Assembly: GCA_039588275.1 (NCBI GenBank)
Contig: JBDHAC010000031.1
Location: 1-38,212, forward strand
Reading direction: 5' to 3'
Length of the DNA: 38,212 nucleotides
DNA from: Gemmatimonadota bacterium
Lineage (GTDB): Bacteria > Gemmatimonadota > Gemmatimonadetes > Palauibacterales > Palauibacteraceae
Shown: piece by piece, positions 28,075-36,756 of the stretch
How the letters are laid out: the number at the start of each line of letters is the position of its first letter
Position numbering within the stretch: the first letter of the stretch is position 1
Program-made: the position numbers and the translations under genes
Notes under the pieces: generated by a model
Told to the model about the DNA's origin: nothing
What the model saw: only the letters and a program-made list of their open reading frames with translations
Database searches by the model: none

Positions 28075-30093
28075 TTGGCGCACCGAACCGCAACCCGACA
28101 CACCGACGAGCCGCCCGCCCGGGTGGGCGAGACGATGATCCTCGTCGGGAACCCGAACGTCGGTAAGAGCGTCCTCTTCCGGAATCTCACCAGCCGGTAC
28201 GTGACGGTCTCCAACTATCCGGGCACGACGGTCGAGGTCGTCCGGGCCCGGGCCACGTACGGTGCCCGAACCGCCGAGGTCATCGACACGCCGGGTATCA
28301 ACGACCTCACCCCGCGCGCCGATGACGCCCGCGTCACGCTCGGACTGCTCGAGGCGAACGAAGACGCCACCATCGTCCAGGTCGCCGACGCGAAGAACTT
28401 GAGGCGCGCGCTCCTCCTCACCTTGCAGCTGGCCGAGCTCGGGCGGCCGATGGTGCTGGTGCTCAACATGCTTGACGAGCTCCAGGAGCAGGGCGGTCAC
28501 ATCGATAGCCGGCGCCTGAGCGAGATCCTGGGCATCCCGGTCGTCACCACCATCGCGCCGCGAAACCACGGAACCGAGGAGTTGATCGGGGTCCTGCCCG
28601 AGGCGCGTACCCCGCGAACGCCACGGGAAGTCGCGACGCGGGTGGCACCGCTCGAGGCGGGGGCGGGGAGGATACTCCCCGTGGCCTCCGGCTCGAGCGC
28701 CGCGGAAGATCCGTACGACCTCAACCTGGCTCGGCTGGAGCTCGTCAAGCAGATCGTGGGAGAAACATACACGATCTCGCCGCCCCCCAACCCGCCGGCG
28801 CGCGTCCGGCTGGGCTTCTGGGCCATGCACCCGGTCAAGGGACTTGGCATCCTCGCGTTGGTCCTGCTGGCCGTCTTCTGGTTCGTCGGGCTGTTCGGGG
28901 CGGGAACGCTGGTCGACCTGCTCGAGATCGGCGGGTTCGAGCAACGGGTGAGTCCGACGGCTATCCGCGCCGCGGACGCGGTCTTCCGCTTCCCGCACAC
29001 GCACCACACCGAGCTCATCTCGCACACCGTCGGTTTCCCCGTCTCTCCCGCGCACGAGCTACCCGTCATGAACCTCGACAAGGTGGCGACCCGCCCGACG
29101 TACGTCGTGCCGGACGGGACCGATCTGAACGCATGGCAGGAGGCGCTGCGCTTCGTGCATGACGGCCTCGTGGGACGGTACGGGATGATCACGATGGCGC
29201 TGAGCTACGCCCTCGCCATCGTACTGCCGATCGTGACCACCTTCTTCCTCGTGTTCAGCATCCTCGAGGACTCCGGCTATTTCCCCCGTCTGGCCATAAT
29301 GGTCAACCGCGGCTTCCGGCTCATGGGGCTGAACGGGAAAGCCGTGCTACCGATGTTGCTGGGGCTGGGGTGCGCGACCATGGCCACGATGACGACGCGC
29401 ATCCTCGAGACGCGCAAGGAGCGCATCGTGACCACGATGCTGCTCGCGCTAGCGGTGCCGTGCTCCGCGCAGCTCGGCGTCCTGCTGGCGATGATGGCGG
29501 CGCTGTCGCCGGCAGGCGCCCTCGTCTGGCTCTCGCTCGTGCTTGCGGTGTTGCTGCTGGTGGGGTGGCTCACGGCGCGTCTGTTCGGAGGTGAGACGAG
29601 CGAGTTCATCCTCGAGATCCCACCCATGAGGAGACCGCAGCTCTCGAACGTGCTCGTGAAGACGGCGGGACGGCTCGACTGGTACCTGCGCGAGGTGATC
29701 CCGATCTTCGTGTTCGGTACGGCGGTGCTCTTTCTGCTCGACAAGCTCAGCCTGCTGAGCGGAATCGGCCGCGCGCTGCGGCCGCTCGTGACAGGCTGGC
29801 TGGGCCTGCCCGCGGAGGTGTCGAACGCGTTCTTGATCGGTTTCCTGCGGCGGGACTTCGGTGCCGTGTACATCCTGGACGCGGTGACCGGACCCGCCCC
29901 GCTGCTCACGCCGCACCAGATCCTGGTCGCTATGGTCACGATCACGCTCTTCATTCCCTGCTTCGCGAACTTCCTCATGATCGGGAAGGAGCACGGGAAG
30001 AAGGTCGCGTTCGCCATGGCCGCGTTCATCTTCCCCTTCGCCTTCGCCGTGGGCGGCATCGTGAACCTTCTGGGACGGATGTTGGGGGGTTGA
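28075..30093 (+). CDS. feoB: Ferrous iron transporter FeoB (short GDI region, His-rich loop insertion)
   Basis: G1 GNPNVGKS, G2 NYPGTTVE, G3 DTPG, G4 NMLD; LEDSGY, GLNGK, GLGC, VPCSAQ, FILEIP, FIPC. TTG 28075 follows GGAGAGG (alternative starts 28042/28048). Confidence 0.93.
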   Translation: MAHRTATRHTDEPPARVGETMILVGNPNVGKSVLFRNLTSRYVTVSNYPGTTVEVVRARATYGARTAEVIDTPGINDLTPRADDARVTLGLLEANEDATIVQVADAKNLRRALLLTLQLAELGRPMVLVLNMLDELQEQGGHIDSRRLSEILGIPVVTTIAPRNHGTEELIGVLPEARTPRTPREVATRVAPLEAGAGRILPVASGSSAAEDPYDLNLARLELVKQIVGETYTISPPPNPPARVRLGFWAMHPVKGLGILALVLLAVFWFVGLFGAGTLVDLLEIGGFEQRVSPTAIRAADAVFRFPHTHHTELISHTVGFPVSPAHELPVMNLDKVATRPTYVVPDGTDLNAWQEALRFVHDGLVGRYGMITMALSYALAIVLPIVTTFFLVFSILEDSGYFPRLAIMVNRGFRLMGLNGKAVLPMLLGLGCATMATMTTRILETRKERIVTTMLLALAVPCSAQLGVLLAMMAALSPAGALVWLSLVLAVLLLVGWLTARLFGGETSEFILEIPPMRRPQLSNVLVKTAGRLDWYLREVIPIFVFGTAVLFLLDKLSLLSGIGRALRPLVTGWLGLPAEVSNAFLIGFLRRDFGAVYILDAVTGPAPLLTPHQILVAMVTITLFIPCFANFLMIGKEHGKKVAFAMAAFIFPFAFAVGGIVNLLGRMLGG

Positions 30094-30539
30094 TGGCCAC
30101 CTTCGTCGCTTGCCCCATGTGTGGGTTCGATTTCGACCGGGATGACACGCTGTGCTCGCACGGCTGTCCGCTCGGCCCGATGTGTCGCCTGATCCGCTGT
30201 CCGAGCTGCGATTACGAGTTCAGCGAGATCCCGCGGCGATACTCATGGCTCGCCCGACTTCTGGGGAGAAGAGCGGAAGAGCCCTCGCGCCTTCCCCCCG
30301 ATGTGCGGCCGGTGACCACGCTGGAGCCCGGCACACGAGCGGAGGTTCTCTGCATCGGCGGTCAGCAGGGCCCGCGGCCCAACACGCTCGCCGTGTTCGG
30401 GCTCGTGCCGGAGACCGAGATCACGATCGTGCAGCTACGACCCGCGTGCGTCATCCGGGTGGGGCAGACCGAGCTGGCGCTGGATCGCGAGATCGCGGAG
30501 GAGATCCTGGTCCGCGAGACGACTGACACCAGTAGGTGA
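30093..30539 (+). CDS. feoA: FeoA (SH3-like) domain protein with N-terminal 7-Cys domain
   Basis: C-terminal LEPGTRAEV...LAVFGLVPETEITIV...IRVGQTELALDREIAEEILV. N-terminal CPMC-x10-CSHGC-x5-C-x4-CPSC. TGATG overlap with feoB. Confidence 0.85.
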   Translation: MATFVACPMCGFDFDRDDTLCSHGCPLGPMCRLIRCPSCDYEFSEIPRRYSWLARLLGRRAEEPSRLPPDVRPVTTLEPGTRAEVLCIGGQQGPRPNTLAVFGLVPETEITIVQLRPACVIRVGQTELALDREIAEEILVRETTDTSR

Positions 30540-30587
30540 GCGACGGCGTGCGGGCAGCGCTGCCGAACCGACCGAGGAGCTACGTAC

Positions 30588-31025
30588 GTGGATGATTTCA
30601 TGGAGGCCGCGATCGCCGAGGCGCGAGCGGGGCTCGCGGTGGGCGGCATTCCGATCGGATCGGTAATCGCGCACCGGGGCGAGTTGATAGGCCGCGGTCA
30701 CAACCGGCGGGTGCAGAGCGGGAGCGTGGTGCTGCACGCCGAGATGGACGCGCTGGAGAACGCCGGCCGCCGCGGCGCGTCCGTGTACCACGAGTGCACG
30801 CTATATACGACGCTCTCTCCCTGTGCGATGTGCTCCGGCGCCATCCTGCTGTATGGAATCCCGCACGTGGTGATCGGCGAGAACCGGACCTTCCTCGGAG
30901 AAGAGGAGCTGTTGCGCTCGCGTGGGGTGCGCGTGGAGGTACTCGACGACCCGGCATGCGTCCGGCTGATGAGCGGCTTCATCGCGGCCAACCCCGATCT
31001 CTGGAACGAAGATATCGGGCTCTGA
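30588..31025 (+). CDS. Cytosine deaminase-like nucleoside deaminase (yeast FCY1-type CDA fold)
   Basis: GGIPIGSV, GHNRRVQ, HAE, TTLSPCAMC, C-terminal WNEDIG; GAGGAG SD before GTG. Confidence 0.9.
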   Translation: MDDFMEAAIAEARAGLAVGGIPIGSVIAHRGELIGRGHNRRVQSGSVVLHAEMDALENAGRRGASVYHECTLYTTLSPCAMCSGAILLYGIPHVVIGENRTFLGEEELLRSRGVRVEVLDDPACVRLMSGFIAANPDLWNEDIGL

Positions 31026-31082
31026 AGGGCGGAGGCGGCGCCAAGCGCAGCTGTCCCGCGGTCTTCGTCCCCGGCTGCAGCC

Positions 31083-31544
31083 TCAGATCCACTTGCAGCA
31101 GAGCGAGTCCGCCTTGCCCTTGATGAACTTCGACAGCCTCAGTGCGACCTTGATCTCCTGATCGGTCACGCCGAGCTCGCGAGCCACCGCGGCGTGCTGC
31201 TCCAAGATCTGCTCGCAGTTCACAGCGTGTGCGGCGGCGATCGCCACGAGCTCGCCGACCCGCGTGCCGTCTTCGCTGTCCGCGGCTGCATCCCGATCCG
31301 AGTCCGCTAACTCAGACCGTCTGCCGAGCAACTTTTGTCCAAGCACCTTGAGGGTATGGCGCTCCATGACACGATTCGCGGTGTCCCGAGTGGCGAGCGC
31401 GTCCGACGCCGCCTGTGCGATTTCCTCCTCCGAGGCTCCGGCTTTGCGCGCATCCTTTACGTGCACTTCGGTGCACAGCTGGCAACCGGACGCGATAGAC
31501 GCGCCGATCGAGATGAGTTCTCTCTCCTTCTCGGTCAACGACAT
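31083..31544 (-). CDS. Carboxymuconolactone decarboxylase/AhpD-like protein with two CMD repeats
   Basis: KERELISIGASIASGCQLCTEVH..ARKAGASEEEI and second repeat ELVAIAAAHAVNCEQILEQH..ARELGVTDQEI; GGAGG SD. Confidence 0.85.
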   Translation of the reverse strand: MSLTEKERELISIGASIASGCQLCTEVHVKDARKAGASEEEIAQAASDALATRDTANRVMERHTLKVLGQKLLGRRSELADSDRDAAADSEDGTRVGELVAIAAAHAVNCEQILEQHAAVARELGVTDQEIKVALRLSKFIKGKADSLCCKWI

Positions 31545-31927
31545 CGGGACCTCCCGCGCATGATCTCGATCGTGCTCATCTCTTTCCTTGCCCTCTTTCC
31601 GCGGTTGCCGCGTGTCTAATCAGGTACGCAACGGAGGCGAGCCAGACGCAACGTCGGACGAGACGGGTTGGCCGTCCGGCCCTCGAGTCCTTCGGGGCGG
31701 AATGTCCCCCGGAGATGCGAGCGTTCCAACGGCAGACGAGGCCACCGGACACCGTAATTTACTACGTGACATATGGTTGGACACACGAGCCCGTGGCGGC
31801 TGGAGGGCCTGTCTGACGGTCCCGATTTCGCCCTTTGTTTCCTAAAAGGCGAGTCGCGTGCCGCTCCACGCCCGTGTTGGAGAGCCACGCCAAGTTCGTG
31901 AGCCATGCGGTCACGGATCGACCCCTT

Positions 31928-34093
31928 ATGTATAGACGAACCGCCGACGTCGAGGCGGAAGCCGGTTTGGTACGCGCGCAACGAGCGCTGGCGGACCGCT
32001 ACGCGATCGAGCGGGAGTTGGGTCGTGGCGGCATGGCGACGGTGTATCTCGCCGATGACCTGAGGCACGGGCGGCAGGTGGCCGTCAAGGTGCTCCACGC
32101 CAGGCCGAGCTCGCCGCTGGCAGCCGAGCGGTTCTTGCGTGAGATCCGGATCTCGGCTTCGCTCACACACCCTCACATCTTGCCCCTTCATGAATCGGGC
32201 GAGGCCGACGGCCTGTTGTATTTCGTCATGCCGTATGTCGCCGGGGAATCGCTACGAGTCCGGCTCGAGCGCGAAGGGCGGCTACCCATCGACGAGGCCG
32301 TCCGTATCGCTGGCGAGGTCGCCGGCGCATTGGACACCGCACACCGGCAGGGGGTGATTCATCGTGACGTGAAGCCCGAAAACATCCTCATCGAGGAAGG
32401 CCACGCGGTCGTCGCCGACTTCGGGATCGCGCGGGCGATGACGGCGGCGGGCGGTGAGAGAGTGACGGCGGACGGCCTCCCGATCGGTACGCCATGGTAT
32501 ATGAGCCCGGAGCAGATCCGTGGGAGCAAGGAGATCGACGGGCGTAGCGACCTGTATTCGCTCGCGTGCGTCCTGTACGAGATGATCATCGGAGAGCCAC
32601 CCTTTGAGAGCACCACCGATCCAACGGTCGCGCTGGCGAGGCACCTTGTCGATCCTCCTCCCTCCCTTACCGCGGTGCGATCCGAGGTCACGGAAGCGCT
32701 CGAGGCAGCGGTCATGAAGGCACTCGCCAAGTCGCCGGCCGAACGGTTTCAGACGACCGCCGAGTTCGGCCAGGCCCTGCTCGCCGACGGCGGCTCCGAA
32801 CCCGGGACGACCACTCGCTCCATCGCCGTCCTCCCGTTCGTGAACATGGGGGGCGACCCGGAAGACGAGTACCTGAGCGATGGAATCGCCGAGGAGATCA
32901 TCAATGCCCTGACGCGCATTCCGGGGCTGGCTGTGGCCTCCCGTACGTCCGCGTTCGCGTTCCGGGACGAGGCGACGGACATGCGCGAGATCGGACGACG
33001 GCTGAACGTGGGCGCACTCCTCGAAGGCAGCGTTCGGCGTGCCGGCGACCGTCTGCGGATCACGGTGCAGCTGATCAACGTGCGCGACGGATACCACCTG
33101 TGGTCCGAGAGATACGACCGTCTCATGGAGGATGTATTCGCGATCCAGGATGAGATCGCCGACAACGTCGTGCGTGCGCTGCGGGTGATCCTGAGCGACA
33201 CCGATCGCGAGGCGCTCAGGAAGGTCCCCACGTCCAGCGTGGAGGCGCACGAGCTCTACCTCCGCGGTAGACAGTTCTTCCATCGGTATCAGAAGAAGAG
33301 CTTCGAGTTCGCGCGTCAGATGTTCGCGCGCGCGATCCAGATCGACCCGGACTTCGCGCTCGCGCACGCGGGTCTCGCCGAGAGCTGCGCATCGCTGGCC
33401 CACCTGTACGGGCAGACGGGACCAGAGACGCTCGTGGAGGCGGAGCGCTCCAGCCACAGGGCGCTGGCGATCGATCCCGAGCTCCCCGAGGGGCATGCCG
33501 CCCTGGGCTTCACCCTCTGGCAGCTCGGGCAGTTGGACGAGGCCGAGAAGGAGTTCGAGACCGCGCTCAAGCTAGAACCCAACCAGTTCGTCGCCTGCTA
33601 TTTCTACGCGCGGGCCTGTTATCAGCAGGGCAAGCTGGAGCGGGCCGCGCGGCTGTTCGAGCGCGCGTGCCAGGTCCGCGAAAACCACGACGCTCGTTTC
33701 TTCGCGGCGCAATCGTATACGGCGCTGGGGATGACGGAGGAAGCCGAGGCCGCATACCGACGGGCGATACCCGTGGTGGAGAAGCACGTAGAGCTGAACC
33801 CGGATGACGCCCGTGCACTGACGATCGGCGCGGTCGCGCACAGCCGACTCGGGGAGCACCAGGCCGGCCTGGAGTGGGCCGCCAGGGCCCTCGCCGTCGA
33901 TCCGACCGATGCCGGCGTGTGCTATAACGTGGCCTGTCACTACGCGGTGGAGGGAGAGATCGACAAGGCCATCGATTGCCTCGAGGACGCCGCGCGCGCG
34001 GGCTTCGCCCACCGCGATTGGATCGAGAACGACCCGGATCTGGACTCGGTCCGCGAGGATCCCCGCTTCAAAGCCCTCACCTGGGCGGATTGA
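31928..34093 (+). CDS. Hanks-type Ser/Thr protein kinase with TolB_N-like and TPR domains
   Basis: LGRGGMATV, VAVK, HRDVKPEN, DFG, GTPWYMSPEQ, SIAVLPFVN (TolB_N-like), multiple TPRs. Start uncertain (31835-31928). Confidence 0.93.
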   Translation: MYRRTADVEAEAGLVRAQRALADRYAIERELGRGGMATVYLADDLRHGRQVAVKVLHARPSSPLAAERFLREIRISASLTHPHILPLHESGEADGLLYFVMPYVAGESLRVRLEREGRLPIDEAVRIAGEVAGALDTAHRQGVIHRDVKPENILIEEGHAVVADFGIARAMTAAGGERVTADGLPIGTPWYMSPEQIRGSKEIDGRSDLYSLACVLYEMIIGEPPFESTTDPTVALARHLVDPPPSLTAVRSEVTEALEAAVMKALAKSPAERFQTTAEFGQALLADGGSEPGTTTRSIAVLPFVNMGGDPEDEYLSDGIAEEIINALTRIPGLAVASRTSAFAFRDEATDMREIGRRLNVGALLEGSVRRAGDRLRITVQLINVRDGYHLWSERYDRLMEDVFAIQDEIADNVVRALRVILSDTDREALRKVPTSSVEAHELYLRGRQFFHRYQKKSFEFARQMFARAIQIDPDFALAHAGLAESCASLAHLYGQTGPETLVEAERSSHRALAIDPELPEGHAALGFTLWQLGQLDEAEKEFETALKLEPNQFVACYFYARACYQQGKLERAARLFERACQVRENHDARFFAAQSYTALGMTEEAEAAYRRAIPVVEKHVELNPDDARALTIGAVAHSRLGEHQAGLEWAARALAVDPTDAGVCYNVACHYAVEGEIDKAIDCLEDAARAGFAHRDWIENDPDLDSVREDPRFKALTWAD

Positions 34094-34103
34094 GCAGCGT
34101 TCA

Positions 34104-34153
34104 ATCCGAGGACGCACACCCATCCGAGGGCGCGCACCCATCCGAGGACGCAC
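34104..34153 (+). repeat. 18-bp tandem repeat (about 2.8 copies)
   Basis: ATCCGAGGACGCACACCC / ATCCGAGGGCGCGCACCC / ATCCGAGGACGCAC, starting 10 nt after the kinase stop. Confidence 0.85.
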
Positions 34154-34352
34154 GGAGCGGCGCGGGTCGAATATCCCGTGCCGCATTGTCAGGCGGAGTC
34201 TGACATATCGCGAGAGTCACGCCGCGCCGTCTGTACGGAAGCACCCCGAAGGCCAGGCCCTGACTGGCGATCCGCATTGTCTGCCTCGGACCCTTGTCTA
34301 GCACGGGGATTGCCACACGAGGACCGGAACCTCAACGGCTGGAGGACCGGTC

Positions 34353-34571
34353 TTGCACTGCTTCATCTGCCGTGGCGCGGTCAGAGCTCACGTGATCACC
34401 GCCCTCGATAGTGTTCATGACTCGAGGGGCTGGACACTGCTGTGCGTCCCGTGCGCGATGCGCCACGAGCTGGACGGAGTCCTCGTGGCGGGGCCGGAGG
34501 ACCGTGAGCTGGCGGATCGCTGGGAGGAGTACCGGGCGGGCCCACCCAGGAGACGGTCCCCAGCCTCATAG
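34353..34571 (+). CDS. Small putative zinc-binding protein (2x CxxC)
   Basis: TTG start 7 nt after GGAGG; CFIC...CVPC; fills the gap without overlapping neighbours. Confidence 0.6.
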   Translation: MHCFICRGAVRAHVITALDSVHDSRGWTLLCVPCAMRHELDGVLVAGPEDRELADRWEEYRAGPPRRRSPAS

Positions 34572-34590
34572 GTCGCCCGCGCTCGACTCG

Positions 34591-36753
34591 TCAGTTCGCT
34601 CCGGATTCGCCCGCGCTCGCCGAGGCGGCGGCGAGGCGAATCGGTAACCGCCGGATCCGCGTGCCCGTGAGCGCGAACACCGCGTTCGTGACGGCGGGGG
34701 CGACGGGAGGCAGCGCCGGCTCGCCGGCGCCCCCCGGCTCTTCCCGGTTTTTCACGATGTGCACGTCGATCACCGGCATCTCGCGCATACGAAGCATCGG
34801 GTAGTCGTGGAAGTTGCCTTGCACGACACGGCCGCCCTCAAGCGTGATCTCGCCATGCAACGCGGCGGTGAGGCCGCCCACGATACATCCCTCGATCTGC
34901 GCTTCGACGATGCCCTTGTGGATGATCTGACCGCAGTCGACCGCGCACGTGATGCGGTGTACGCGCACCTCGCCATCTGCCACCGAGACCTCGGCTACCT
35001 GCGCGACCAGCCCGCCCTTGTCCACGACCAGCGCGACGCCGCGCGCCCGGCCATCCGGAAGCGGCGTTCCCCAACCGGCCTTTTCCGCGGCGAGCTCGAG
35101 CACGTGCTTGAGCCTGGGATGGTGCTCCAACATCTCGCGCCGCAGCTCGAACGGGTCGCGACCACCGGCGTGTGCGAGCTCGTCGATGAAGCTCTCGACC
35201 ATGAACGTGTTCTGGGAGGGGCCGACGGAGCGCCAATACCCTATCGGCACGGGCAGATCCGGCCGGCAGTAGTCGATGAACACGTTCGGGATCCGGTACG
35301 GCATGTTGGCCATGCCGGCGACGGAGTTCCGGTCCACACCGTTGGATCCGCCACGGCGTCCTCCACCGATGGGCGTGGCCGCGACGCGGATCTTCATGGC
35401 CGCCACACGGCCTTCGGCATCGACGCCACCCTCGAACACGCTGCAGGACGCCGGTCGGTAGAAGTCGTGCTGCATGTCCTCTTCGCGCGTCCAAACGACC
35501 TGGACCGGCGCGCCGACCTTCATCGAGGTCTCCACCGCGTCTCGCACGAAGTCCGTGCCTGAGCGGCGACCCCACCCGCACCCCAGGTAGGTGGTGTGCG
35601 CGGTGACCCGCTCGATCGGCAGTCCGGTGATCTGCGCCGCGGCCCGCTGCGTGCCCTGTGGGTTTTGCGTGGGCGCCCAGACCTCGCAGCTGTCCGAGCG
35701 AACGTCGGCGGTGCAGTTCATCGGCTCCATGGTGGCGTGCGCGAGAAACGGAGCCTCGTACGTAGCCCGAATGCGCCCCGCGGCCTGTTCCAGCGCGGTC
35801 TCGGCAGAGCCGTCGTCTCTCGCGACGGCGCCCGCGCGCTCGGTCAGACCCTCCAGGTATCCGGTGATCTCCTCGCTGTTCATCGAGAAGTTCCCGGTGT
35901 TCCAGGTGATATCCAGCGCACGCGCTCCCTTGAACGCCGCCCACGTATCGGCGGCGACGACCGCTACCCCCTGGGATACCTGTACGACCTCACGTACGCC
36001 GGGCACCCTCAGCGTCTCCGTCGCGTCGACGGACCCCACTGACCCTCCGAACACGGGGGGGTGCACGACGGTGGCGAACAGCATTCGGGGCGGGCGCACG
36101 TCCATCCCGAATCCGGCCTGGCCCGTGACCTTGAGCGCGGTATCGACGAGCGGCGGGCTCGTCCCGATGAGACGGAACTCGGAGGGGTCCTTGAGCCGGG
36201 GGTCCTGCGGCACGGGCAGCGCCGCGGCCGCCTCGGCCAGATCCCCGTACCCCAGGGCGCGATCCGATGCGTCGTGCATGACCCGACCGTTCTCGGTCCG
36301 GCATGCAGACGCGGCGACCCCCCACTCCGCGGCGGCGGCCACGATCAGCATCTCGCGGGCGGCCGCACCCGCCTGCCGGAGCCGCATCCAGGCGCCACGT
36401 CGAACGCTCGAGCTCCCCACCGTCATCTGCGAGCCGTATTTGTCGGGGTGCGCGTCCGCCTGAACGATCCGAACCGCCCCCCAATCCGCGTTCATCTCGT
36501 CCGCCACGATCATGGGCAGTGCGGTTCGCACCCCCTGCCCCATGTCCGCTCGGGCGGACCAGATCGTCACGGTCCCGTCCGGGTCGACGCGGAGGAAGGC
36601 GTTGGGTTGCAGCGGCCCCACCCCTGAGGCGGTCGCCGCCTCCAGCGTCCCGGGTGCCTCACCCGGCAGATACACGCCCAGCAACAGACCGCCGCCCGCG
36701 GCGGCACCGAGCTTGAGGAAGTCACGCCGGTCGAGCTTCACGATCCCGTCCAT
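34591..36753 (-). CDS. iorB: Xanthine dehydrogenase-family molybdopterin subunit (isoquinoline 1-oxidoreductase beta-like) with Tat signal
   Basis: Tat motif DRRDFLK, DMGQG, HATMEP, GCGWGRR, WRSVG, GAGEP catalytic Glu motif. Confidence 0.92.
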   Translation of the reverse strand: MDGIVKLDRRDFLKLGAAAGGGLLLGVYLPGEAPGTLEAATASGVGPLQPNAFLRVDPDGTVTIWSARADMGQGVRTALPMIVADEMNADWGAVRIVQADAHPDKYGSQMTVGSSSVRRGAWMRLRQAGAAAREMLIVAAAAEWGVAASACRTENGRVMHDASDRALGYGDLAEAAAALPVPQDPRLKDPSEFRLIGTSPPLVDTALKVTGQAGFGMDVRPPRMLFATVVHPPVFGGSVGSVDATETLRVPGVREVVQVSQGVAVVAADTWAAFKGARALDITWNTGNFSMNSEEITGYLEGLTERAGAVARDDGSAETALEQAAGRIRATYEAPFLAHATMEPMNCTADVRSDSCEVWAPTQNPQGTQRAAAQITGLPIERVTAHTTYLGCGWGRRSGTDFVRDAVETSMKVGAPVQVVWTREEDMQHDFYRPASCSVFEGGVDAEGRVAAMKIRVAATPIGGGRRGGSNGVDRNSVAGMANMPYRIPNVFIDYCRPDLPVPIGYWRSVGPSQNTFMVESFIDELAHAGGRDPFELRREMLEHHPRLKHVLELAAEKAGWGTPLPDGRARGVALVVDKGGLVAQVAEVSVADGEVRVHRITCAVDCGQIIHKGIVEAQIEGCIVGGLTAALHGEITLEGGRVVQGNFHDYPMLRMREMPVIDVHIVKNREEPGGAGEPALPPVAPAVTNAVFALTGTRIRRLPIRLAAASASAGESGAN

Positions 36754-36756
36754 GAC

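Noticed and set aside
31026..31085. Selenocysteine readthrough of the TGA after ...CCKWI
   Set aside because: No convincing bacterial SECIS, and the extension would run into the convergent deaminase gene.
34104..34153. Possible mini-CRISPR array
   Set aside because: Units are contiguous with no spacers, only 18 bp long, and no cas genes are present.
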